In this document: piece after piece, positions 15,165-23,775 of the stretch
How the letters are laid out: each line of letters opens with the position of its first letter
How positions within the stretch are numbered: the first letter of the stretch is position 1
Assembly (NCBI GenBank): GCA_043821645.1
Contig: JBDRCO010000076.1
Location: 64,001-128,000 of the forward strand
Source of the DNA: Pseudomonadota bacterium
GTDB lineage: Bacteria > Myxococcota > JACRCW01 > JAFGSX01
Direction: 5' to 3'
Length of the DNA stretch: 64,000 bases
Made by a program: the position numbers and the translations under genes
Notes under the pieces: model-generated
What the model saw: the letters and a program-made list of their open reading frames with translations, nothing else
Database searches by the model: none
Told to the model about the DNA's origin: nothing

Positions 15165-17279
15165 GTGAACGCAGCGCTGCATCGCCAGACGGATGGGCAG
15201 CTCCCAAGTTCCCTGGCTCACCTCGCCAGGCGTGCGTTCGTCTGCGCGACCTGTGGACTCGTGCTGAGCTCGGTCTCGTGTTTTCGGGGAGGTTTTTGGT
15301 CCTCGCGGACACAGGTGCAGAGCAGCGATGCAGCGGCAGGTGACGATGGTGGACTGCGCGACGTCGGCAGCCAGGATGGTGCGGGTGTGCTGGACGGAAG
15401 CCAGGGACCCGACGCAGCCATGGCAGACACCGCCCGTGCACCCCAGGTCGAGATCCGGGCACCCAACAACGGCAGCAACCTGACGACGCACCAGGCGGTG
15501 GTCACCGTGTCCGGGACTTGCTCCACGGATGTGGTGGCCTTGTCCGTCGGCCTGGGAGTGCTGGAGGATGCCGACTGCAGCGACGGCACCTGGTCGCTGC
15601 AACCCTACGCGATGGACTATCCTCCGCGGCCACACGACTTTGCGATCACGGCCACCAACGCGGCCGGAGCCCAGGCCAGCGACAGCCAGCGCATCACCTA
15701 CGCTTACGTCAGGCTGGAGGGTGGATCCGCTCATGTTCACCACCGCCAGAATCCTGCGCGCGTGTCCGGCTCCTGCGCGGACCTGGTGGTTGGCGTGGAT
15801 TTCAGCGATGGCACCGTGGTGGATGCCGACTGCAGCGACGGCGCCATCGAGGTGGAGCTTGATTTCCCGTCGGGGGAAGGCAGCTACCCGCTGGTGGCTT
15901 CGGCCCGCGACGCCCAGGGGCGCGAAGAGAGCGTGACCCTGCAGGTCCACTACGACATCACAGCCCCCGATGCGGTGACCTTGGTCGAGACCTTTCCGCC
16001 ATCGCCCTCGCAAGACAACTTTCCGCGGGTGCGTGGTGACGCCGAGGCCGAGGCCAGCGTTCAGCTTTTCGCGGACGCGGTATGCAGCGTGGCTTTGACC
16101 GGTACCACGGCAAGCTGGGACCACAGCTTCTGGACCACGGGGCTCCGCATCGCCGTGCTCGACGCGAGCACCACCCACATCCACGCCCGGGCGCGGGATC
16201 TGGCGGGCAACCTCTCCCCTTGCAGCACAGCCGTCTTCGAGTACACGGATGCGTCGCCGGGCAGCCTGCCACCCTGCGACCTGCTGGTGGGAGCCGACAT
16301 GACCTTCGCCAGCCTGCAACAGATCCTGGATGACACCGAGCTGCACCGCGACCTGTATCTGGCGGATGGAGTCGTGACCCTGTGCCTGGGCAGCGGTGTG
16401 GTGGTGAGTACGACAGGGAGAGCCGAGGGAGAGCGTCTCGAGATTCCCGGCGACGACTTCCGTCTGCTCGCGCCTGCAGGCCGAGCGACCCTTCACAACC
16501 TGCGCGACGATGCATTTCCGAGCTCGGAAGAGGCGAGGGGTGTGCTGAACGTGCAAGGTCGGCTGAACTTCGCCATGGCGGGCCTGGACCTGGTCAGCGA
16601 CGGAGATGGCGGTGTCGCCTTGCGCATCGAGGATTCGAGCGTGGCCTTCCTGCGCAACCTGGGCCTACGCGGGAGCGACCAGGGAGGCACTGCGCTGCGC
16701 TTGCCGGTGGAGACCTCCACGGTCTGGTTGGCCGAGCTGAGCGGCAGCACCTTGCAGGGAAGTACGGCCTTCCACACTCGCAACCTGAGCCTGCGCCGCA
16801 TCGCGCAGACGGGTTTCCGTTTTCATGGCGGTATCGGGATCGATCTGCAGAACTCCAGCATCCTGGTCAGCGAGATCCTGGACTCCGTGGTCTCGTCGGA
16901 TCATCCGACCCAGGGGGGCACGGGTATTCGTCTGTGGTCCGCCAATCGCAGTGTCTCCATCCAGCGCCTGTCCGGGTGCACCGTTCGCCGCGGTCCCGAC
17001 GCCACGGTCACGGATGGTCGCGCCCTGGCCTTCTCGAACTACCCAGGCGATGCGACCTATGTGCGCACCCAGAATGTCGTCGACAATACCTTCTGCTGGG
17101 CCGGGACTGGGGAGTGGGCCGTCCTGCTGGATACCGCAGGTTTGCCCACCACTCCCTACGACTCTCAACGCAACAGCGAGACCAACGGGGCGGCCAGCTT
17201 TCCCTGGGGCGATGCTTCGGATGGTGCCGATAATCCCGGCTCCAATGTGCAGGCTCTGTGGGGTGGTCCCTGCCCGTGA
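15165..17279 (+). CDS. Hypothetical lipoprotein with Ig-like repeats and a possible C-terminal beta-helix
   Basis: LSSVSC lipobox-like segment; duplicated VSGxC...DADCSDG modules; YDITAP...ARDLAGNLS Ig-like motif; Gly-spaced beta-strand repeats at the C-terminus. Confidence 0.6.
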   Translation: MNAALHRQTDGQLPSSLAHLARRAFVCATCGLVLSSVSCFRGGFWSSRTQVQSSDAAAGDDGGLRDVGSQDGAGVLDGSQGPDAAMADTARAPQVEIRAPNNGSNLTTHQAVVTVSGTCSTDVVALSVGLGVLEDADCSDGTWSLQPYAMDYPPRPHDFAITATNAAGAQASDSQRITYAYVRLEGGSAHVHHRQNPARVSGSCADLVVGVDFSDGTVVDADCSDGAIEVELDFPSGEGSYPLVASARDAQGREESVTLQVHYDITAPDAVTLVETFPPSPSQDNFPRVRGDAEAEASVQLFADAVCSVALTGTTASWDHSFWTTGLRIAVLDASTTHIHARARDLAGNLSPCSTAVFEYTDASPGSLPPCDLLVGADMTFASLQQILDDTELHRDLYLADGVVTLCLGSGVVVSTTGRAEGERLEIPGDDFRLLAPAGRATLHNLRDDAFPSSEEARGVLNVQGRLNFAMAGLDLVSDGDGGVALRIEDSSVAFLRNLGLRGSDQGGTALRLPVETSTVWLAELSGSTLQGSTAFHTRNLSLRRIAQTGFRFHGGIGIDLQNSSILVSEILDSVVSSDHPTQGGTGIRLWSANRSVSIQRLSGCTVRRGPDATVTDGRALAFSNYPGDATYVRTQNVVDNTFCWAGTGEWAVLLDTAGLPTTPYDSQRNSETNGAASFPWGDASDGADNPGSNVQALWGGPCP
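15566..15842 (+). repeat. 22-bp perfect direct repeat (GGATGCCGACTGCAGCGACGGC) inside a CDS
   Basis: Copies at 15566-15587 and 15821-15842, both encoding DADCSDG. Confidence 0.85.
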
Positions 17280-17316
17280 CGTCGTGAAACCGAGCCCATG
17301 CGGCGCGGAGACCAGC

Positions 17317-17967
17317 TCAGTGGCCCTGGCGGGTGAGATGCTCTGCCTGCCAGGCTTCGATGCGATCGCTGTACACCTCGGCCAGGGTCGCCAGCATCTC
17401 CTCGAAGGGAAGGTCGGCATAGGTGCCCCGGTCGCGCACGTACTCGATGAAGGGATGTCCCTGCGGATCCACTGGATGGAACATGGCATCGTTGCTGCCG
17501 TCGAGTTCCACGGGCAGCACTCCGGCGCGACGTGACACCTCGGGGTCGAAGGCTGGGGTGGCCTTGACCCAGCGCCCGTCGAGAAAGAACTCCACGTAGC
17601 CGTGGAACACGAACAGGTTGGTCCCCATGAGCGCCAGCATCTTGGGAGACGCCTTGTGGTTGCGCACGTCGGCGAAGCCCAGGCGAGTGGGGATGCCGAG
17701 CGCCCTGGCCAGGGCTGCCAGGAGCAGGGCCTTCTGCACGCAGTGACCTCGACGACTTTCCAGCACGGCGCTGGCGCGATAGCTCGGTCTGTCGGCGATG
17801 GCCACGTAGGGGTCGTAGCGCACGTTGTCGCGAACCCAGTCGAACAGGGTCACCGCGGTGGCTTGTGGCGTGCTTTGTTTCAAGGACTCGGCCAGGCGCT
17901 GGATCGAGGGTTCGCCGCAGTCCAGAAACTCCGTCGCTGCGAGATAGATGTCGAGGTCATTGGACAC
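17317..17967 (-). CDS. Transglutaminase-like family protein
   Basis: GHCVQKALLLAALARALGIPTRLG (catalytic Cys), FHGYVEFF (His), WVKATPAFD; GTG start preceded by a GGAGG RBS. Confidence 0.85.
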   Translation of the reverse strand: MSNDLDIYLAATEFLDCGEPSIQRLAESLKQSTPQATAVTLFDWVRDNVRYDPYVAIADRPSYRASAVLESRRGHCVQKALLLAALARALGIPTRLGFADVRNHKASPKMLALMGTNLFVFHGYVEFFLDGRWVKATPAFDPEVSRRAGVLPVELDGSNDAMFHPVDPQGHPFIEYVRDRGTYADLPFEEMLATLAEVYSDRIEAWQAEHLTRQGH

Positions 17968-18034
17968 GTGGCCTCCTGCGTCCCCCTCGGGGGGGCAACA
18001 TAGCACGTGGCATCGGGATTGCCCTGTCGCCGCG

Positions 18035-19378
18035 TCAGGGACCAGCCTCCCTCACCAGGCTCCCCTGCGTGGCGCCCAGGCCCTCGCACAGCCCGTCGGC
18101 GAGGCTGGCGAGGATGTCCCCGGCGCCGGGTCCGTGAAGTTCGAGAGCCGCCTCGGGTCCCGGTCCCTGGTAGCCCCTCGCGGGCATGAAGTAGCCCGCG
18201 TACATCCCGTTGTGCGAGGTGAAGACCAGGTGCCAGCCCAGGGCTTCGCAGGCCTGCCGCGACGCCAGGCTCAGCTCTGCAGACAGCTCGCCCGGCAGTG
18301 CCATCAGGATGACACGACCCACGCGCACCACGTCGACTGGAAGTCTCTGGGGCACCAGCAGCCTGGAGAGCCAGGGCCGCAGCGCCAGGTGGCGCGGGAG
18401 CGGTACCAGGGGTGCTGGCATGGTCCACCACAGGCGCTGCCAGGCCAGGGCTAGTTCGGCGTCACCGGCGCGCAGAGGGAGATTGTCGACGACGCTCGCC
18501 AGGGTTCGGCCCATGACCTCCGCGGGATGCGCGGGATCCAGCCGCGGCGCTGAGGCGCTGCCCGTGGCTCCGGCCGCAAACAGCACGGGGCTGCCGTCGA
18601 GCTCAGCCAAACTCTGGCGCAGTGCACCGGGGTAGTCCGGGTCCAGGCGATCGCGCGCGCCGATCAGCGTGGCGTGTGCGTTGAAGGTGACCAGGCGTCC
18701 GATCAGCCGTTCCCTTCCAACCAGGGCCAGCACGTCCAGGGTGCCATCGATGGGCTGCTCGGCCCAGGTTCGATTGACGACGAGCTCGCGAACATTGCGT
18801 TGACCATCGAGCAGTTGCGCGGGGGCCTCTGCCGCGCGGGCCTGCGCCAGGGCATCGAGGTGGGCGCGCGCCAAGGTGTCGAGCAGCGCCTCATCCCGGG
18901 GACCCATGAACAGCATCTCGAGCAGACCGTGGCTGCAGCCGCCCGGTCCCGAGTGGCTGTGGCTGGCACTGGTGATCAGCGCCGTCCACCCGTCGAGCTG
19001 CTGGTGGATGCGCGCATACAACGCCGGCGCGATGGTGACCGCGTCGAGACCCGTGATGCCGATCCGGGCCAGCGGTGTGGACAGAGAAAGAGCAGTCACC
19101 GCGATCTGGCCGCCGTTGGCGCTGCGGCGCGGCCACAGGCTGGCGTAGCCGCCCAGCAAGGTTCCGGCAGGCAGTTCAAGCTGCACCTGCGCCGCTCCCG
19201 CTCGAAAGGGGCCCGGTGGTGCGCGCAATAGGGCCTGCGCCAGCTCCACACCGCGGTCGTGGGCCCGCACGCTGTCCTGCGCGGGCCAGGCCGAGGGCGA
19301 CGGGGCAGAGGTCACGGTGCCGAGGCCAGCCAGGGCGAACAGGGCCACAGCGGCCACGGCGACGATCCAGCGGCGCAT
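18035..19378 (-). CDS. Secreted neutral/alkaline ceramidase N-terminal-domain family amidohydrolase
   Basis: Signal peptide MRRWIVAVAAVALFALAG; motifs FRAGAA, LGGY, ASHSHSGPGG, NRT, FNAHAT, DYPG, LPGELS, YAGY. Confidence 0.75.
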   Translation of the reverse strand: MRRWIVAVAAVALFALAGLGTVTSAPSPSAWPAQDSVRAHDRGVELAQALLRAPPGPFRAGAAQVQLELPAGTLLGGYASLWPRRSANGGQIAVTALSLSTPLARIGITGLDAVTIAPALYARIHQQLDGWTALITSASHSHSGPGGCSHGLLEMLFMGPRDEALLDTLARAHLDALAQARAAEAPAQLLDGQRNVRELVVNRTWAEQPIDGTLDVLALVGRERLIGRLVTFNAHATLIGARDRLDPDYPGALRQSLAELDGSPVLFAAGATGSASAPRLDPAHPAEVMGRTLASVVDNLPLRAGDAELALAWQRLWWTMPAPLVPLPRHLALRPWLSRLLVPQRLPVDVVRVGRVILMALPGELSAELSLASRQACEALGWHLVFTSHNGMYAGYFMPARGYQGPGPEAALELHGPGAGDILASLADGLCEGLGATQGSLVREAGP

Positions 19379-19464
19379 GGACGGGTTGTAGCGCGTCGGT
19401 GCGATCCGCGCGAGGTGTGCGGCAGAATGTCGACAGTTCGGGCCGTGCATGAAAATCTGCGGCG

Positions 19465-20130
19465 ATGAAGCAGTGGCTGCTCACCCACATCACGTTGCGG
19501 CCCGACGATCCGCCGGCCGAGGAGAGGGCCAGCGGCCTGACGCACCTCGTCGGCGCCATCCTGTCCGTGATCGGCACCGCCTTCTTGCTGCTGCGCATGC
19601 TGCGCGAGGGCGAGCGCAGCGACGTACTGGCCTCGGCGGTGTTCGGGCTGAGCATGATCGTGCTGTACAGCTCCTCGGCGGCCTACCACCTGAGCCACGA
19701 CCCCGTGCGAAGGCGTTTCTTCCGGGTCATGGATCACGTTGCCATCTTCCTGCTCATCGCCGGCACCTACACGCCCCTGGCCCTCGGCATCGGTGGGCGC
19801 GTGGGCTGGAGCATGTTCGCAGCCATCTGGACCGTGGCGTCGCTGGGCATCACCTTCACCTTCGTCTTCTGGGGGCGACTGCGCTGGCTCCACGTGATCG
19901 TGTACGTGGCCACCGGCTGGACCGTGGTGCTCTTCTGGGAACCGGTGATGGCGACCGTACCCCGCGAACTGTTCGGCTGGACCCTGGCCGGAGGCCTGGT
20001 CTACACGGTCGGCGCCGTGGTTTACGCCGTGAAACGTCTGCCTTACCACCACGCACTGTGGCACCTGTTCGTCCTCGCCGGCAGCACCTGCTTCTACGTC
20101 GGCATGTATCGCTGTGTGCTGCAGCTTTGA
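19465..20130 (+). CDS. Hemolysin III / PAQR family (TrhA-like) membrane protein
   Basis: EERASGLTH, SSSAAYH, MDHVAIFLLIAGTYTP, YHHALWHLFVLAG; about 7 TM helices. Confidence 0.92.
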   Translation: MKQWLLTHITLRPDDPPAEERASGLTHLVGAILSVIGTAFLLLRMLREGERSDVLASAVFGLSMIVLYSSSAAYHLSHDPVRRRFFRVMDHVAIFLLIAGTYTPLALGIGGRVGWSMFAAIWTVASLGITFTFVFWGRLRWLHVIVYVATGWTVVLFWEPVMATVPRELFGWTLAGGLVYTVGAVVYAVKRLPYHHALWHLFVLAGSTCFYVGMYRCVLQL

Positions 20131-20190
20131 GCACCTGGCCGTGCTGTGGTGGACCTGGTCCCGGCACCTGCAGCCAGGGCGTCTCGGCGC

Positions 20191-20219
20191 TTGAGCAGGA
20201 CGCTTCGCAAGGCTAGATT
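20191..20219 (+). promoter_or_regulatory. Candidate sigma70-type promoter for the leucine dehydrogenase operon
   Basis: TTGAGC-N17-TAGATT, with the -10 element about 63 nt upstream of ATG 20283. Confidence 0.45.
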
Positions 20220-20282
20220 GCCGCCGCAACCGCGCGCTGTGCCGGTCCGGACCGGCATCGACGCGTGGGGGAGGGCAGGAAC

Positions 20283-21383
20283 ATGATCTTCGAGCAACTG
20301 GCACAGCACGGGCACGAGCAGGTGCTGTATTGCCACGACGCGCACTCGGGCCTCCGCGCCATCATCGCCATCCACAACACCGTACTCGGACCGGCGCTGG
20401 GTGGGGCACGTATGCGCGAGTACCAGAGCGACGAGGACGCCCTGACAGACGCCCTGCGACTGTCGCGGGGCATGACCTACAAATCGGCCGTGGCCGGTCT
20501 CAACCTGGGCGGCGGCAAAGCCGTGATCCTCGGTGACCCCAAGCAGCACAAGACCGAACCCCTGCTGCGCGCCTTCGGACGCTTCGTGCAGAGCCTGGCA
20601 GGTCGCTACATCACGGCCGAGGACGTTGGTACCACCGTGCGCGACATGGAGATCGTGCGCATGGAGACGGATTGCGTCACCGGCATCTCGCGCTCCCTTG
20701 GGGGTTCGGGTGACCCATCGCCGGTCACCGCCCTGGGGCTGTTCGAGGGCATCAAGGCCTGCGCGAGGCAGCGCTGGGGCCGGGACTCCCTCGAGGAGCT
20801 GACCGTGGCCGTGCAGGGTGTGGGACACGTGGGCTTTCACCTGTGTCAGCACCTGTACCGCGAGGGTGCCAAGATCAAGGTGTCCGACGTGGATCCGGAC
20901 AATCTCAGGCGGGCTGCGGATAGCTTCGCGGTGACCGTGGTCGCCCCCGACGAGATCTACGGCACCGAGTGCGAGATCTTCTCGCCCTGCGCCCTGGGTG
21001 GTGTGCTGGATGACAACACCATCCCACGCCTGCGCTGCGAGATCGTGGCGGGCGCTGCCAACAACCAGCTCGCCGACGAGCAGCGGCACGCGAGCCTGCT
21101 CGCCGAGCACGACATCCTGTACGCACCAGACTACGTCATCAACGCGGGGGGCCTGATCAACGTGGCCAACGAGCTCGAGGGCTACGACCGCGAGCGCGCA
21201 GTGCAGCAGGCCGCTGGCATCTTCAACATCGTGACCGAGATCCTCGCCAACGCCGTACGCGATGGCACGACCACGGTGCAGGCGGCCAATGCGCTGGCCG
21301 AACGTCGCATCACCGCCATGCGCGATGTCACTCGAACCTACCTGGGCGTGCCGCGGCTCAAGCGCGGGCGCGGCCTGGGCTGA
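20283..21383 (+). CDS. ldh: Leucine dehydrogenase (Glu/Leu/Phe/Val dehydrogenase family)
   Basis: GPALGGARM, GMTYK, GGGKAVI, AEDVGTT, VQGVGHVG, GAANNQL, PDYVINAGG. Confidence 0.93.
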   Translation: MIFEQLAQHGHEQVLYCHDAHSGLRAIIAIHNTVLGPALGGARMREYQSDEDALTDALRLSRGMTYKSAVAGLNLGGGKAVILGDPKQHKTEPLLRAFGRFVQSLAGRYITAEDVGTTVRDMEIVRMETDCVTGISRSLGGSGDPSPVTALGLFEGIKACARQRWGRDSLEELTVAVQGVGHVGFHLCQHLYREGAKIKVSDVDPDNLRRAADSFAVTVVAPDEIYGTECEIFSPCALGGVLDDNTIPRLRCEIVAGAANNQLADEQRHASLLAEHDILYAPDYVINAGGLINVANELEGYDRERAVQQAAGIFNIVTEILANAVRDGTTTVQAANALAERRITAMRDVTRTYLGVPRLKRGRGLG

Positions 21384-21388
21384 GGTCC

Positions 21389-22186
21389 ATGGTGCTGTCC
21401 TCCACCTTGCTCCTGGCTCTCGTCGTCAGCACGGCGCCCCCCGTGCCGGTGCCCGTGCTCACCATCGGTCAGCCCACGCCCCTGGCGCGACGACCGGTCA
21501 CCTTGCCTGCCCTCTCGGCCGAGTTCTCGTTCCGCTATGGCCTGGTGGGCAATGGCCCGACCCGCTTCGTCAACGACATCCGCTTTGCGCCCCTGGACTG
21601 GCTCGAGCTCCGCACCTCGCTGGGGCCCATCCCCGAGAGCTTGATGGTGCGCGTGGCGCTGGGGGACCTGGACCGTCTCGGGGTGTTCTCCGTCGACGGT
21701 GGGCTGTACAAGCTCGACCTGGGCTTTCGTCTTGATCCCACCGAGGCCGAGAGCGTGCGCGGGGTCGTCGCCCTCAATCTCGAGACCGGCATCGCCTACG
21801 ACCACGCCGTCACCTCGCGTGGCCGCGTGCATGTGAGCGGTCGCGCGCAGCAGCGCTGGTCCAACATCGACGGCTGGGATCAGACCACCGTCATGGGCGC
21901 GCTGTGGGGCGATGTGGATCTGACTCACTACCTCGGTCTGTCCGTGGGGGCTGGCTACGGTCAGGTCGTGGCAGGCCAGACACGCGACTTCACGATCAAC
22001 TTCTCCGAGCTGGGGCGCTCTGGCTTCTCGACCTTGCTGGACCACGACAACGACCGCGCGGCGTGCACCTCGGTGGGCATGACCTATGCGCGCACCGAGA
22101 GCTTCGACGTGGACCTGTTTGCTACCCTGCGTGTCTGGCCCGAAGTCGGTACTCTGTTCGGCGCTGGCCTGCGCTGGCGAATCTGA
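21389..22186 (+). CDS. Hypothetical exported, probable outer-membrane beta-barrel protein
   Basis: N-terminal signal peptide, alternating beta-strand pattern, C-terminus GAGLRWRI; 5-nt gap after ldh. Confidence 0.6.
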   Translation: MVLSSTLLLALVVSTAPPVPVPVLTIGQPTPLARRPVTLPALSAEFSFRYGLVGNGPTRFVNDIRFAPLDWLELRTSLGPIPESLMVRVALGDLDRLGVFSVDGGLYKLDLGFRLDPTEAESVRGVVALNLETGIAYDHAVTSRGRVHVSGRAQQRWSNIDGWDQTTVMGALWGDVDLTHYLGLSVGAGYGQVVAGQTRDFTINFSELGRSGFSTLLDHDNDRAACTSVGMTYARTESFDVDLFATLRVWPEVGTLFGAGLRWRI

Positions 22187-22196
22187 GGACACCGGC

Positions 22197-23561
22197 GTGA
22201 TCCCGCGCCTGGGGACTCTGTTCGCGCGCTGGGCCCGGCTCCTGATCCCGGACCCCATGGTGATCGCGGTAGGGCTCACCGCCCTGACCGCCGTGCTCGC
22301 CCTGCTACTCACCGCGGCCGGTCCCGTCGACGTGCTGCGCGCCTGGGCCGGTCCTCGCGGGGTGTTCAACCTGCTCGGCTTCGGCATGCAGATGTGCTTG
22401 ATCCTGGTCACGGGCCACGCCCTGGCGTCGAGCCGTCCCGTGGCGTGGGCCCTGGCCTGGTTGGCGGGGTGCGGCCACGGTGCGCGTCAGGTCACGGCCC
22501 TGACCGCTCTGGTCGCCGTGACCACGGGACTGCTCAACTGGGGCCTTGGCCTCATCGTGGGAGCCCTGTTTGCGCGCGAGGTGGGCCGACGTGCTCAGGA
22601 GCGAGGCCTCGTTGTGCACTACCCGCTGCTGGCGGCCGCTGGCTACACCGGACTGCTGGTGTGGCACGGTGGTCTGTCGGGCAGCGCCCCGCTCACGGTC
22701 ACCCGCCTGCCCGATGTCGAGAAGCTGCTGGGCTCCGAGCTCGCTGCACGGGTCGGCGAGATCGCGCTGTCGCGGACACTGCTCAGTCCCATGAACCTCG
22801 TCGTGGCGGTGGCTCTGATCGTGCTCGTGCCGCTGCTCTGTGCAGCCCTGGTGCCCGCGGTGGAGCAGTGCCAATCCGCGGCGGACTTCATTTCGACCAG
22901 GGACGAGGTGCCCGCTGTCGAAGAGCCCATGACCGGGTTTGCAGCGAGGCTGGACCACAGCCGGGGCGTGACCGCGATCCTGGTTGTGATCGTCGCAGCA
23001 GGAGCGGTGCTCGGTGTGAGTTCCTCGGGTTTCATGCGCTTGGATCTGAACATGGTGATCCTGATCTTCCTTGCCCTGGGCCTGGCCCTGCACGGCACGC
23101 CGCGGCGCTATGTGGGAGCGGTGCAGGGCGCCATCGGAGGCACCGCGGGCATCGTGCTGCAGTTCCCGCTCTACGCCGGCATCATGGGCATCATGGCAGG
23201 CACCGGGCTGGTAGACGTGTTCGCCCACGGCATCGTGTCCGTGGCCAGCGCGCGCAGTTTCCCAGTGTTCAACTTCTTTAGCGCAGCGGTGGTCAACCTG
23301 TTCGTGCCATCGGGCGGCGGACAGTGGGCGGTGCAGGGGCCCATCTCGGTGCAGGCAGCGCTGCAGCTCGGGGTTCCCGTCGAGCGCGCGGTCATGTCCC
23401 TGGCCTACGGCGACCAGCTCACCAACATGCTGCAGCCCTTCTGGGCTCTGCCCCTGCTCGGCATCACGGGCGTCAAGGCCCACCATGTCATCGGCTACAC
23501 CGCGGTGCTGATGCTGCTCACGGTGCCGCTGTTCGTGCTGGCCTTGCTGGTCCTGCCGTGA
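22197..23561 (+). CDS. atoE: Short-chain fatty acid transporter (AtoE family)
   Basis: LIPDP, FGMQMCLILVTGHALA, WHGGLSGSAPL, QFPLYAGIMGIM, NLFVPSGGGQWAVQGP, GDQLTNMLQPFWALP; GTG start at 22197. Confidence 0.9.
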   Translation: MIPRLGTLFARWARLLIPDPMVIAVGLTALTAVLALLLTAAGPVDVLRAWAGPRGVFNLLGFGMQMCLILVTGHALASSRPVAWALAWLAGCGHGARQVTALTALVAVTTGLLNWGLGLIVGALFAREVGRRAQERGLVVHYPLLAAAGYTGLLVWHGGLSGSAPLTVTRLPDVEKLLGSELAARVGEIALSRTLLSPMNLVVAVALIVLVPLLCAALVPAVEQCQSAADFISTRDEVPAVEEPMTGFAARLDHSRGVTAILVVIVAAGAVLGVSSSGFMRLDLNMVILIFLALGLALHGTPRRYVGAVQGAIGGTAGIVLQFPLYAGIMGIMAGTGLVDVFAHGIVSVASARSFPVFNFFSAAVVNLFVPSGGGQWAVQGPISVQAALQLGVPVERAVMSLAYGDQLTNMLQPFWALPLLGITGVKAHHVIGYTAVLMLLTVPLFVLALLVLP

Positions 23562-23571
23562 ACTGGAGCCG

Positions 23572-23597
23572 CCGCGCGGGCCGTGCGCGGTCCTTTT
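23572..23597 (+). terminator. Possible intrinsic terminator after atoE
   Basis: CCGCGC-7nt-GCGCGG stem followed by TCCTTTT, 10 nt after the stop codon. Confidence 0.45.
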
Positions 23598-23775
23598 CCG
23601 AGGACTTGCTGGACGTCGCAGCGGACTGCTGCGGAATCTGGTGGAACCGTCCAGGTGTGCGGCACCAGGGCGATACTTTTTTCTTGAGCTTGCCGAGGAC
23701 AGGAAGAGTCACCGACGAAGGCGGGGGTCCACGACCGATCTTGCCCCACCGGATCTGATATCGGAGGCGCCGGTC

